64,000 nt of DNA from Candidatus Marinacidobacterales bacterium (GTDB taxonomy: Bacteria; Acidobacteriota; Vicinamibacteria; Marinacidobacterales; DATDRI01). Below, in pieces: positions 28,872 to 39,634 of this stretch. The stretch covers positions 1,216,001-1,280,000 of the forward strand of contig OZ245365.1 in assembly GCA_965226495.1 (NCBI GenBank). The letters run 5' to 3'. Under the pieces are notes generated by a model. It was not told the origin of the DNA. It saw only the letters and a list, made by a program, of their open reading frames with translations, and searched no databases. The translations under genes and the position numbers were made by a program. Every line of letters starts with the position of its first letter. The first letter of the stretch is position 1.

Positions 28872-29687
28872 ATGCGTGTCGCTGCTGTCCAAATGTGCTC
28901 CACCAACAATCGAGAGGCGAATCTCGAGAAGGCGCGCGGCTTGATGGAAGAAGCCGTTCTTGCCGGCGCCCAGGTGGTTGCGCTTCCTGAGAATTTCTCC
29001 TTTATCGGTGACGAGGGCGAACAGGTTCGCGTCGCCGAAGACGATTCGGGCCCGAGCGTCCAGTTCTTGAGAGTCTTCGCCGCCGAACATCGTGTGCACG
29101 TGGTCGGGGGTAGCGTGTCACTCAGGACGGAAAACCCATCCAAAGTTACCAACACCTGTCTGGTTTATAACCCGGAAGGGGACTTGGTAGCCCGCTACGA
29201 CAAGATGCACTTGTTCGATGTGAGCGTCGACAAGCAGCACAACTTCAGGGAGTCTAGCTACGTCGAAGCGGGGAAATCCATCGTGACCGTCGAAGTGTTC
29301 AACCACGTCGTGGGGTTAACGATCTGTTACGATCTTCGATTCCCCGAGCTCTATCGAGCACTGGCGCTCCGCGGGGCGGAGATTCTTTTCGTCCCCGCTG
29401 CGTTCACCGTTCCCACGGGTAAGGACCACTGGGAAACGCTGCTTCGCGCGCGAGCCATCGAGAACCAGTGTTACGTCGTGGCTCCCGCTCAGTTCGGTCA
29501 GCACAGTGAACGCCGTGCCAGCTTCGGGCGGACGATGGTCGTCGATCCCTGGGGACAGATTCTAGGCCAATGTCAAGACAAAGAGACTGCGCTCGTCTGT
29601 GATATCGATTTCGAGCTCCTGAAGGACATTCGTTACCGGCTCCCATCTTTAGAGCACGCTCGCCGCGGCAAGATTGGAGTATCGTGA
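28872..29687 (+). CDS. Carbon-nitrogen hydrolase (Nit1-like)
   Basis: LPE, YDK.HLFD, ICYDLRFPELYR, HW..LLRARAIENQ. Confidence 0.92.
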   Translation: MRVAAVQMCSTNNREANLEKARGLMEEAVLAGAQVVALPENFSFIGDEGEQVRVAEDDSGPSVQFLRVFAAEHRVHVVGGSVSLRTENPSKVTNTCLVYNPEGDLVARYDKMHLFDVSVDKQHNFRESSYVEAGKSIVTVEVFNHVVGLTICYDLRFPELYRALALRGAEILFVPAAFTVPTGKDHWETLLRARAIENQCYVVAPAQFGQHSERRASFGRTMVVDPWGQILGQCQDKETALVCDIDFELLKDIRYRLPSLEHARRGKIGVS

Positions 29688-29708
29688 AACGGTTGATGGG
29701 TCGTGTCT

Positions 29709-30833
29709 ATGGCACTGAGTCTCACTGATCGACAAGCCAAGACCGTCGCCGCCGCCATCACCATCCTCTCGGTGGTTGTCATCCTCGTTGCGGTCGGCGC
29801 TTTCTTCTGGCTGGTCTCCTGGTTTCTTCGCTCATTCTCGGTCGTTTTCCTTCCCTTAGCGGTGGGAGGCATTGCGGCGCTGGTGTGCCGACCCTACTAC
29901 GACTGGCTTCGCCAGCGTCTGCGTCTTCCCGGTGCCGTCGCCTTGGTAGCCATCCTCCTGTCATGGCTGGTTCCGGTGGGTGCATTTCTGTGGTTCTTCG
30001 GGGCCATCGCGGTCGAGCAGTTGGTCGGATTGGTGGAGCAGCTGCCAGATTGGTGGGCGCAGTTTCAGGTTTTTGTGAAAGAGCGTTGGCCCCGCGTGGT
30101 GGGATTCATGGAGAACAATCCCTGGGGACAGCGGATCCGAGAAGCTCTAGAAGGACAAGAGGAGAACGTTTTGGAGGGGCTTCAAATCTTCGGCCAGGGT
30201 GCGATCACCGCCGGCCGTGGCTTGGTTCGTGGGGTGGGAGCTCTCTTCGGCTGGGCTGTGTTGCCTGTCTACTTCGCTTTCTTTCTGATGACGCCGACTC
30301 GTTTCGACGCGGCGCAGCTTCTGCCGTTTTTGAAAGAGGAGACCCGAAAAGACGTTGTCTATCTCATCAAGGAGTTCGTCGACATCGTCGTGGCATTCTT
30401 TCGAGGGCAGCTCCTTATCGCGTTCCTCCAGGGCTTGCTCTTCGCGCTCGGGTTCAGCATCGTCGGCCTGAAGTACGGCTTCGTTTTGGGATTGATGTTG
30501 GGCTTGCTGAACGTCATACCTTATCTGGGAAGTATCATCGGGCTGAGCATTACTCTTCCCCTCTCGCTTTTCCAGCCGGGAGGCGGCACGCAGACGCTGC
30601 TCGGAGTTGTCGTAGTTTATGTCGTCGTGCAGCTCATCGAGGGCTACGTCCTTACCCCAAGAATCATGGGCGACCGCACCGGGCTTCCCGCCATCGCCAT
30701 CATCATCGCCATTTTCTTTTGGGGCACGGCGCTCGGCGGAATACTGGGAATGATCCTCGCCATTCCTCTCACCGCATTTCTCGCCTCTTTGTGGCGGCTG
30801 GTCAAGGATAAGTACATCACCGAGCTCGTTTGA
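29709..30833 (+). CDS. AI-2E family transporter
   Basis: F.RGQ, IPYLG, Q..EG..L.P.I.G...GL, GMILAIP. Confidence 0.88.
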   Translation: MALSLTDRQAKTVAAAITILSVVVILVAVGAFFWLVSWFLRSFSVVFLPLAVGGIAALVCRPYYDWLRQRLRLPGAVALVAILLSWLVPVGAFLWFFGAIAVEQLVGLVEQLPDWWAQFQVFVKERWPRVVGFMENNPWGQRIREALEGQEENVLEGLQIFGQGAITAGRGLVRGVGALFGWAVLPVYFAFFLMTPTRFDAAQLLPFLKEETRKDVVYLIKEFVDIVVAFFRGQLLIAFLQGLLFALGFSIVGLKYGFVLGLMLGLLNVIPYLGSIIGLSITLPLSLFQPGGGTQTLLGVVVVYVVVQLIEGYVLTPRIMGDRTGLPAIAIIIAIFFWGTALGGILGMILAIPLTAFLASLWRLVKDKYITELV

Positions 30834-31169
30834 GTCGTGCCTTTGGATATGGGCCCGATGAACCGCGACAGGGATTCGGAACCGACCAGGGTGAAGGACC
30901 CAGAGTCGAGTTCAAGGTGTCACTTCGCTTTGACTCGGGGGTCCAGAGGGCGCGAGCACGGGAGGAAGACCCTTGGCAGCGATTCCTATAACGACCTTCT
31001 CCGTGGTTTTCTTCGTGCTGACGTTTGTGGCGTGGCGGCGTTATCTCTGCGCTGCGGAAAAGGGGCCGCGCGGGCAGGTGGATGAACCTGGCCCTGAGCT
31101 ACGCCGATTACTTCGACCTCATTCCGGCGCCTCTCCGTCTCTCTACGTCAGGTACGTCACGGATCCGAG

Positions 31170-31631
31170 TCAGTCCAACACTTTCTCGTCACCTACGAAA
31201 CTGACGAACCGCCAGCCGTCTTCGGTCCGGGTCAGGACGTCGGTGGAGCGACCGACCGCGGTCTCCCGCTCGCCGTCGCTGTATTCGGTGATGGTCGTGT
31301 GGAAGTAGTGGATGACCGCGGTGTCCCCCGTAACGACGATCCCGACCGGCGCGAGGTCCTGCGCCACAATTTTGAAACGGCCGGCCTCGGCAGCGATGAA
31401 GCGCGCGGCGTCCGTCTTGTCAAGCGGCATCGGCGATTCGTTCGGCCAGGCCTGGAACGAAGGATGGAGCAACTCCATCCACGCCTCGTCCCCGGCCTTC
31501 TCCAGGTCCCACTGCTTGGAGATGATCTGCCAGACTTCAAGCTGCTCTGCTGACCACTCCTGCCCCTGCACCGGCAGCGCCGGCAGGGCGAGGACACACG
31601 TCACGCACACGAGTAAGAAAACCTGTTTCAT
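31170..31631 (-). CDS. Secreted NTF2-like (DUF4440-type) protein
   Basis: Signal peptide; GDTAVIHY, GR.TDVL.R..DGWR; RBS aggag. Confidence 0.8.
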   Translation of the reverse strand: MKQVFLLVCVTCVLALPALPVQGQEWSAEQLEVWQIISKQWDLEKAGDEAWMELLHPSFQAWPNESPMPLDKTDAARFIAAEAGRFKIVAQDLAPVGIVVTGDTAVIHYFHTTITEYSDGERETAVGRSTDVLTRTEDGWRFVSFVGDEKVLD

Positions 31632-31709
31632 CGTTTCTCCTCCTTCTTGATCGAACCGGCGAATGTTACTGCAGAGAGCGTGGTGCCCGCAATGATGAGA
31701 GCTGAGCGC

Positions 31710-32039
31710 TTACCGGTCGGTTGTCTTTTCCTTCTTATGCTTCTCGTGGAGTTCGATGTTGGTCAGGCGAACCGGGTCCTGGCCGTACCGCTCAACGGTG
31801 AGCTGGTTCTTAGCCTTGTCGTAACTTAGCTTGACTCCCACGAGCAACTGACCCTTCCCCTTCTCTTTCTTCTTCCCCTCTTCGGCTTGCACGGGCATTT
31901 CGTAGGAGATGGCGGAGATATCGTAGTCCGTCGACCATCCCTGATTGAGGGCTTCGGCGAACCCGATAGGCCGATCGGTGACGATGACGATCTTTTCCTT
32001 TTCGCCTGACACATCCTTGTGGGCATAGTAGAGAGCGAC
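31710..32039 (-). pseudogene. 5'-truncated conserved hypothetical gene
   Basis: LYYA..., IVIVTDRPIGFAEA, GKG, E.YG.DPVRL resemble the C-terminal half of a secreted hypothetical family; frame is closed upstream by TAA and AT-rich DNA. Confidence 0.5.
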
Positions 32040-32405
32040 TTAATTTCATATTCGAGAGTACTATAGAAGCTATTCCGGCACGACAAGACCAAAAAGTCTT
32101 GACAGGAACAATGGGAAACAAATAGATACATTAGTGTGACTTACATCTAATCTGCAGTGGATACTCGATGAGCCGCTCCAAGCCAACTCAGGCCAAGCGC
32201 CAGCTCCTGCGCAAGCGGGGGTGCCTGCACCCTCCCCAGCCTTCGGCGGAGCCGTGGAGCGGTCCGCGTCCCTTAGGATTCGGCGCGTTATCGTTCGAAG
32301 CGGCCTGCGCGCTTGGATCGAGACCTGCTCTGGTTGGACGCCGCTCATCGACCCCAATCAAAACGCTCTGGCTACCTCCCGGCAGCCCTTCGAACAGGAG
32401 TCGTC

Positions 32406-33461
32406 ATGAATATTCGCGCCGTTATCCTCTGCTCCGCACTTCTTCTTACCGCGCCTCTCTTCGCACGAGAAAAGACCGACGTGATCGTCATGAAGAATGG
32501 GGACCGTCTGACGTGCCAGGTCAAGGAGCTCGACGCCGGTGTGCTCTACGTCAGCCTCGATTACGTGCTCGGCACGATTTCGGTTCAGTGGTCGGAAGTG
32601 GCGCACTTGGAAAGCAATCAGTTGTTCATCGTCCAAACGGAGGACGGCTCGGTCTATGAGGGGACACTCTCCACCGTTGAAACGCCTGACGGCCGGCCGG
32701 TCAAGATTCAGGTGGCGGAGAGTCCGGAGGAAAAAGTAGTCATCGACGGACCCCAGATCGTCCGGATGGACGAGACGTCCAAGAAATTCTGGCAACGATT
32801 CAACGGCAGCCTGAACTCCGGGACCACTTACTCCAAAGGAAATCAGTCGACCCAGTACAATCTTAGCGCGCAGGTCGAGTATAAGCGAGAAGGCTGGGGC
32901 GGTCAGGCTAGCTTCAACTCCACATTGTCCGCCAGCACCGGCGCGACTACCTCCACCCGAAACCAGATCGCTCTCGGCTCTCAGCGCCGCTTGCGCTGGA
33001 AAAACTACTTCTACTTTGGCCGCGGTGGTTTCCTGCAAAGCGTTGAGCAGGGAATCGACCTTCTAGCCAGCCTCAGTGGTGGCATCGGACATTACCTGAA
33101 GGATAACAACGCTGCGCGCATCGCGCTGCTAGGTGGCCTCACCGTTCAGAGGACGTATTATGAACGATCCGTCGTCCCCCTGGATCCGCAAAACATTCTG
33201 GCGGCTCTGATCGGTGCCGACCTCTACCTCTTCAAGTTCGACAAAACCAATCTGAGCGTCAGCGCCACCCTTTTGCCGGCCCTTTCCGAACCCGGTCGAG
33301 TCTTCTTCGGCACGAACGCCGCCTATTACATCAAGCTCTTCGGCAACCTGTCCTGGAATATCTCGTTCTATGGCAACTGGGATAACCGGCCGCCCGCGGG
33401 CTTGTCCGGAAGCGACTACGGCGCCAGCTCCGGGGTCGGCTACACTTTTGGTAATAATTGA
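32406..33461 (+). CDS. DUF481-type outer-membrane beta-barrel protein
   Basis: Signal peptide; D.I.MKNGDRLT N-domain, amphipathic strands, C-terminal GVGYTF. Confidence 0.8.
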   Translation: MNIRAVILCSALLLTAPLFAREKTDVIVMKNGDRLTCQVKELDAGVLYVSLDYVLGTISVQWSEVAHLESNQLFIVQTEDGSVYEGTLSTVETPDGRPVKIQVAESPEEKVVIDGPQIVRMDETSKKFWQRFNGSLNSGTTYSKGNQSTQYNLSAQVEYKREGWGGQASFNSTLSASTGATTSTRNQIALGSQRRLRWKNYFYFGRGGFLQSVEQGIDLLASLSGGIGHYLKDNNAARIALLGGLTVQRTYYERSVVPLDPQNILAALIGADLYLFKFDKTNLSVSATLLPALSEPGRVFFGTNAAYYIKLFGNLSWNISFYGNWDNRPPAGLSGSDYGASSGVGYTFGNN

Positions 33462-33561
33462 CCGGAGTATGGGGAGGCGCCGAGAGCGAGCCGAATGTGT
33501 TGGTGACTCGCTCGGGCCCTATTCCACGAGCTCGAAGTCGCCGGGCTTAACAGTCCGCCTT

Positions 33562-35222
33562 CTACGGCGTGTACCAGATCGGCGACGTGTAGGCGCGCTC
33601 TTGCGTTGAAACCGGAGCACCCTCGGGAATCGGAATACCGAACCGGAACGCGTCGTAGGTCGACCAGCGCGGGGTTGGAATCTCGATGACGCGGGCGTAG
33701 TAGACGGCCTTTTGAGACGCATCGAAGTCGGGATCGGTCCAGATGGCACTGAGGTCGGACGCTCCGATCGTATTGGTGAAATTTGCCGTGGCGGCGTCGA
33801 CGGTATTCCCGACCGCCGGCAGCTTCCCGTTCTTGCCCGGCTTGCGGTCGCCGGACCAGGCGACGTCGTAGACTTTTTCGTGGGTGTTCCCACCTCTGTC
33901 CATCCAACCCTTCACGATCTGGATGCGGTCCAGGTTGCCACCGATCGGGTCCTTGATGGCGTAGACCATGAAGCTCGGCGCTCCGCTACCCGCGCGCGCC
34001 AGCAGATCGCCGCCCATGGGTACTCTTCCTGGGCGGTAGCGAGAGAAGTGTGGCTGTCGGTCGAGCCGATCTGGCCGAATTTGTACGGGTTCGTGCCGAG
34101 GCGCGATTCGATCACCAGGCCACGCTTCAGTGCCTCGCGGGCGTACTCCCCGGCGAGCATGGCGTCGGTCTTGATCTCGGAGAGGTCGAGATTACCGACA
34201 TCCCACGTCTCGTAGTCCGCGAACTCGTCGTCGGGCGATAGGAAGGAGTGTGTCTCGCCGTCACCCTTGATCTGGGTCGTCTCGTAGAGCGGCTCCCAAC
34301 GGCGACGCTCGGTGACGTAATCCTCGTCGAACGCCCTCCCGTTCCACTGAGCGTCCATCGGGAACATGATGCCGTTGGAGAGATTGCCGTTGTGGGCGAT
34401 AGCGAGGACGTCGCCGCCGGTCTTATCTTCGAAGTTCGCCAGCCACTTCCACAGGTCGCGCGGATCGGGACTGCCTAACGGCGGATAGGTCGTGTAAGCA
34501 ACCATCTGCGAAGCCTTCGCGGCATCGTCACGATAGATGACGACCCGGTGCATGTTGCCGCCGTTGATCAGCGAGGTCCATTCGAAGCCGATGAAGGCGG
34601 TGAATTTTCCGGGATCGTTAAACTCCTCAGCCGCTGCGATGGTGTCGTCCCACGCCGACTTGTACATCAGGGTATCGGGTCCATACATCAGTGCTTCCGG
34701 GAAATCGCCCTGTGAGAACATGCCGATAAGCTCGAGCGCGACGCCGACCCCCTCGCCGGCCTGAATCCGGTTATACCAGTCCTGACCTAAAGGATCGGCC
34801 AGGATGTTCGGCTTGCCCGCGTACAGATCTGGAAAGAATCCCATGTTGTCGGAATGATCGGCGATGACCAGCCAGTCCAATGGGCGGGACAGCCTCACCG
34901 GCAGGCCGGCTGAAGCGACCACCTCGTCGCCGCGTGCGAATCGATACGCATCACGAAGGCCGAGCCGGTTCCCGAATGCCCCGGCGTCCATCGAGAGGGA
35001 AGTGTGAAGATGCGAGTCGCCCCAATACGGGCGGCTCGCGAACCTGCGCTTGGCGTAGGGGGAATAGGTCTTGCCCGAATAGGCGTTCGACAGTACCTTC
35101 TCTGCGTCGGGCGGCGCGGGCAATTGAGCCGACGTCGGGGTCGCGACCGCGGTAAGAGCAACTACGGTAAGAGCAACTACAACGAAGAGCCTGCTTAGCC
35201 TCTTCCTTACTTCAACCTCCAT
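33562..35222 (-). pseudogene. DUF3604 (PHP-like) protein with internal deletion and frameshift
   Basis: WGDSHLHT, DHSD, FEWTS, HNGNLSNG, STDSH; QEE is fused out of frame to VPMGGDL; C-terminus [11 protein letters not shown] lies in another frame. Confidence 0.8.
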
Positions 35223-35253
35223 GGAGGAAGAACTGCTTCATCTATGCAGCCAA

Positions 35254-36204
35254 TTAGAAAGTGACCGAGCCAAAAATCTGGAGGTTCTGGCCTTCCACCG
35301 TCGCCTCCGCGCCAAATTCCTTAAAGTACTTCATGCCTACACTAACTCCCTTGGGAGGAAGAATAAAATTTACAGCAAATCCAAGCGCATGCACTTTATA
35401 ACGAACCTGACTCAGGATCGGATGTTCGCTGGAACCGCCATCGTCAGAGACTTGCCATTGGTTGTAGCCAACGAGACCGACCTGCATGAGCGTCTCTTCC
35501 TTCTGCAACGGAAGAAACATCATCAGGGAATAGTCGAGATTAAAGGCCGTTCCGGGAGTAATGCCGGTATCTTTGTTTTCAGTGTGGAATTCCAGGAGCT
35601 GGTAGGAGGAAAAGGTAAGAGCCTTATTCTTAGTTAAATAGAACGTATCGCCGAGCGTGAGAGCATGTCCCCAGTAACCGGCGCCTGAGTTCCCCGTGTT
35701 AGCCATGAAACCGTAACCAGTGTTGACAGCCCAGCGCTCTTTCTGCCAGCCCAATAGGAAAGGTTGAACCCAGGTCTCCGAATAACCGGCGAGCCCCAGG
35801 ACGGGTTGATCGGCTAAGGTGATCGAGGTGTTAGCAAACGGAAACGCTGCATTGAATGCCAGGGTTGCACCCAGAAGCTTCGTTTTGGTTACATAAAGAA
35901 AAACATTCATGTCAATGAAAACTGCCGAATCAAGCTCACTGTTGATGGTATCGCCTCCAGGACCCTTCAGCTTGTCAAAAGAGAAGTAATCAAAATAGTT
36001 CATGTACGTCAATCCTGGAGCCGGCAACATTCCAGAGTTTGTCGCGGCGAATCCCGGGACGTACAACGGCCTTGACTGCGCCAAGGCCGGCGTTGCCAGC
36101 AGTAAAAACGCAAGCAGTCCGAATAGCGCCTGGTTGACACTCGGAGATCGTCCAAGGTCGGCGTTGCTCAGCAGTGCATGCAGTCGAATATGCGCCGTTG
36201 ACAC
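35254..36204 (-). CDS. SphA/MetA-pathway-like outer-membrane channel
   Basis: Signal peptide LLLATPALAQ, beta-strand pattern, terminal F; start region scrambled by duplications. Confidence 0.7.
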   Translation of the reverse strand: MSTAHIRLHALLSNADLGRSPSVNQALFGLLAFLLLATPALAQSRPLYVPGFAATNSGMLPAPGLTYMNYFDYFSFDKLKGPGGDTINSELDSAVFIDMNVFLYVTKTKLLGATLAFNAAFPFANTSITLADQPVLGLAGYSETWVQPFLLGWQKERWAVNTGYGFMANTGNSGAGYWGHALTLGDTFYLTKNKALTFSSYQLLEFHTENKDTGITPGTAFNLDYSLMMFLPLQKEETLMQVGLVGYNQWQVSDDGGSSEHPILSQVRYKVHALGFAVNFILPPKGVSVGMKYFKEFGAEATVEGQNLQIFGSVTF

Positions 36205-36206
36205 GA

Positions 36207-36297
36207 TTACCTAATTTAATGCTGAACATATGACACTTTCCTCCTGAGATCGCTTACCTAATTTAATGCTGAACATATGACACTTTCCTCCTGAGAT
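36207..36297. repeat. Exact 44-bp tandem duplication containing RBS and ATG
   Basis: 36207-36250 equals 36254-36297. Confidence 0.92.
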
Positions 36298-36616
36298 ATA
36301 CATTCAACGACTACTGTTACCGAGCAATTGATTATACTACTGAAGAAAGACGAGTGAAGACTGGTTTTTTTTCGGGCTTCACGATTGGAAAAGTCTGTCA
36401 GAAGCTCGGCGTTCCAAGGCCGCCACGCCGCCACGTCTCGGTCTGGCCGCCTTTGAAAACTGTTTTGCTCGACGCGCGCGGTTTGCTATGCTTCGACTCC
36501 AGTGACCTCGGCCGCCGGAGCTCCCGTAAAGAAAGGGGGGTGACTTCACAGTCCAGAATCGAGCTGCGCCATCACTAGCAGGGTGGTTGACAAGGAACGA
36601 GACGAGGATGACCGCG

Positions 36617-37269
36617 ATGAATCTCAGAATGACTGCAATGTTATGCGCGCTCGGGACGATCGCGCTGTCCGTAACCGCCCCCACGGGTTTCCGGGCACAG
36701 GCGTCGGGTGTGGATCCGGCTGCAGTGGGAAACGCTGCGGCGGATGACCGAACTAGATCAGCAAGCTGCAACAGTTCAGCGTGCACACGGAGATGCACTC
36801 TTGAGGATTTGCTCGACACCGGCCAGCGGGTCGGTCTCGACGTCGCGGCGAGCGTGATTGTACGCCGGCCCAACAAGACTCATGCCGAACCCGTGGGCGA
36901 ACTGATTGATCAGGTGTTTTATTACGACGGCAAAACCCTGACGTTCTACCTTTGCGGTTCTGATCGAGGAGGTACGCTCTGCGTTTGTCGTCGGGAAGGC
37001 GGTGATCGGGGCGTCAGGTGCGATCACCTGGCTTTCAGCCGTCCGAACGTGGATTTTCAGGTCTGGGTGGCCGAAGGCGACCAGCCCTGCCATGCAAATA
37101 CGTCGTCACCGACGCGAGCACCGCGGAGTTGGTGAGCACGGTGACTGTCATGAGCGACTGGAACGTCGCTCCGGCGGTCACCGATGCTTTGTTCAGGTTC
37201 GTGCCGCCGGAGGGCGCTCAGCCCATTACGTTCATGCCACTCGATGAAACCAGCGCTTTCGGCCGCTGA
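36617..37269 (+). pseudogene. DUF2092 periplasmic protein, frameshifted
   Basis: V.RPNK, YDGKTLT, CDHLAF....VDFQVW...G..PLPCKYVVT, SDWN.AP, F.FVPPEGA spread over several frames with a central deletion. Confidence 0.75.
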
Positions 37270-37432
37270 CACCCGTTGGAGGAAGAATGATGAAGACCAT
37301 CCTCACGGAGCAAGCGACAATGTATACGTCCTCAAGGTCACCGCCACATTCATCAGGCCGATTCGTCTGAAACAAACACTAGTGGAGGAACCCTTAATCG
37401 AAGTGCAGCATCGAGGAGCTTGGAGAACAGTC

Positions 37433-39325
37433 ATGACAAAAGCGGCAATCCTGCTGAAAAAACTGCGGCAGATTGTTATCGGCACGACGATCGCCGGTCT
37501 GAATTTATTGCCGGCAGCCGCAGCGAACCCGGAGCGCAATGTCTTTTTCGGCGACACCCACGCCCATTCGATGCTGTCGGGAGATGCGTTCGGATTCGGC
37601 AATCGCCTGATGCCGGAGAATGCCTACAAACTGGCGCGCGGTGATGAGGCAGACCATGTCGGCGGTTACAAGGTCAAACTCAAGGCGCCGCTCGATTTCT
37701 TCATGATCACCGATCATGCGGAGATGCTCGGCATTGCGCTGATCGCGTCGGACCCGAAAAGTGTCATGTACAACACGGACCTGGGGAAGGATCTCCGCGA
37801 TAAGGATCAGAAGGCTGGCAGCGCGCGGTTCGTTACCGCAATGGTGGCAGCATCTGAAAGCGGCGTCTTTCCAGAGGGCTATGCAGCTGATTCCACCAAG
37901 ACAGTTTGGAAAATGCTCGTCGACGTCGCGGACAAGTATTACAACCCGGGTAAATTCACGACCTTCGCTGCCTTCGAGTGGAGTTCGATGCCCGACGGCG
38001 CCAACCTGCACCGCAACGTGATCTTCCGCGACTCGAAAAAGGTACCGGACATTCCGTTTTCGGCGATGGATTCGGCGAAGCCGGAAGACCTGTGGACCTA
38101 CCTCGAAGCGGAACGCGAAAAAGGTAACGACAATCTGGCAATTCCGCATAACGGCAACCTTAGCAACGGGCGGATGTTCCGGCTCGTGGATTCCTGGGGC
38201 GCACCGATCACCGCGGAATATGCGGAACGAAGGATGAAGAACGAACCGCTGTTCGAGATCATGCAACTGAAGGGCGTGTCGGAAACTCACCCGAGTTTCG
38301 CACCCGAGGACGAGTTCGCCAGTTTTGAACTCCTGCCGGTCAACATGGACACCTGGCAGCGCGTCGAGCAGCAGCAGACTTCGTATATTCGCGAGGCCTA
38401 CAAATTCGGCCTGCGATTCCAGCAGACCATCGGCGCCAACCCGTTCAAGTATGGCCTGGAAGGTGGTGGTGATGATCATGGCTCGGCCCACACATGGGAG
38501 GAGTTTAACTATCACGGTGGCCACGCAGCGCTGGATACCACGCCTAGGAACCGGATGACCGGCACAATACCAATGCCCGGTGCCGCCAACAATCTCAATG
38601 CACAACTTAGCGCCGGTGGCATCACTGGGGTCTGGGCCGAAGAAAACACGCGCGACTCCATCTTCGATGCCATGCGCCGCAAGGAAACATTCGGCTCGTC
38701 CGGGGTTCGCATCCAACCGCGCTTTTTTGCAGGCTGGGACTATCCGGCCGACTTGGTGACGCACAAGGACTGGGTAAAGACGGCCTATGCGGGCGGGGTG
38801 CCGATGGGCGGTGATTTGAGTCTCAATCCGTCTGGCACGCCGAAGGCCAAGGGGCCGGTTTTCGCCGTGTCGGCGATCCGCGATCCGAACAGCGCGCCAT
38901 TGCAGCGCATTCAGATCATCAAGGGCTGGACCAAGGGCGGCGAGATGATGGAACAGGTCTACGATGTTGCCTGCTCGGACGGCGGCGAAGTCGATCCGAA
39001 AACCCACCGGTGCCCGGACAACGGCGCCACTGTCAATATCAAGACCTGCGAAATCTCTACCGACAAGGGCGATGCGCAGCTGGCCGCGACGTGGACCGAC
39101 CCGGATTTCGATATGACAGTGCCAGCGTTCTACTACGTTCGGGTTCTCGAAAATCCCGTGTGCCGCTGGAGCACCCGCGACGCGATTGCGGTCGGCATGA
39201 AACCGCTGGATGTGGTGCCGGCGACGATCCAGGAGCGCGTCTGGACCAGTCCGATCTGGTACACGCCGACGGGACCGGACGTGGCCCGCCGATCGCGGAA
39301 GTTTGAAGCTATCATTGAGCCCTAG
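37433..39325 (+). CDS. DUF3604 (PHP-like metal-dependent hydrolase), exported
   Basis: FGDTHAH, TDHAE, FEWSS, HNGNLSNG, WAEENTR.SIFDAM.RKE, QERVWTSPIWY. Confidence 0.88.
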   Translation: MTKAAILLKKLRQIVIGTTIAGLNLLPAAAANPERNVFFGDTHAHSMLSGDAFGFGNRLMPENAYKLARGDEADHVGGYKVKLKAPLDFFMITDHAEMLGIALIASDPKSVMYNTDLGKDLRDKDQKAGSARFVTAMVAASESGVFPEGYAADSTKTVWKMLVDVADKYYNPGKFTTFAAFEWSSMPDGANLHRNVIFRDSKKVPDIPFSAMDSAKPEDLWTYLEAEREKGNDNLAIPHNGNLSNGRMFRLVDSWGAPITAEYAERRMKNEPLFEIMQLKGVSETHPSFAPEDEFASFELLPVNMDTWQRVEQQQTSYIREAYKFGLRFQQTIGANPFKYGLEGGGDDHGSAHTWEEFNYHGGHAALDTTPRNRMTGTIPMPGAANNLNAQLSAGGITGVWAEENTRDSIFDAMRRKETFGSSGVRIQPRFFAGWDYPADLVTHKDWVKTAYAGGVPMGGDLSLNPSGTPKAKGPVFAVSAIRDPNSAPLQRIQIIKGWTKGGEMMEQVYDVACSDGGEVDPKTHRCPDNGATVNIKTCEISTDKGDAQLAATWTDPDFDMTVPAFYYVRVLENPVCRWSTRDAIAVGMKPLDVVPATIQERVWTSPIWYTPTGPDVARRSRKFEAIIEP

Positions 39326-39634
39326 CGGCAGATGGGGAGTGAGTAAGGCCCTGGCTCCTGGCGGATTCTGTAGCGCTTGATCCCGCTTCCCATTTCATAC
39401 CAGTCAACGGTGGTGGCACCCACTTCCGCCGCATGTGCAGACCACTCACTGAATGGTCGAAAACCGTGTCTCTGGATATAAGTATTCTCATCTTAGATGT
39501 CTATTGGCTCGGGTCTTGAGAGGCATCCTGTTCTTTGGATCCTTCTTGCTAACGACGACGCCGCGGCCTCGAATGTTGCCTTGGCGAGGCTCTGCGCCCC
39601 GTTCAGGTTTCTGGCAATGATCCGCCCTATTCCG

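Noticed and set aside
30837-31160. Small ORFs after the AI-2E gene
   Set aside because: No convincing start or family motif; a possible membrane-protein fragment cannot be supported
33912-34030. Programmed frameshift in DUF3604
   Set aside because: No slippery site, and about 97 conserved residues are missing, so this is a deletion
37505-39007. 500-aa antisense ORF, and similar long shadow ORFs at 785, 40379, 42442, 44704 and 58439
   Set aside because: Opposite-strand shadows of real genes caused by high-GC codon bias
39330-39630. Possible gene fragment or ncRNA between convergent genes
   Set aside because: No recognisable motif or strong structure by eye
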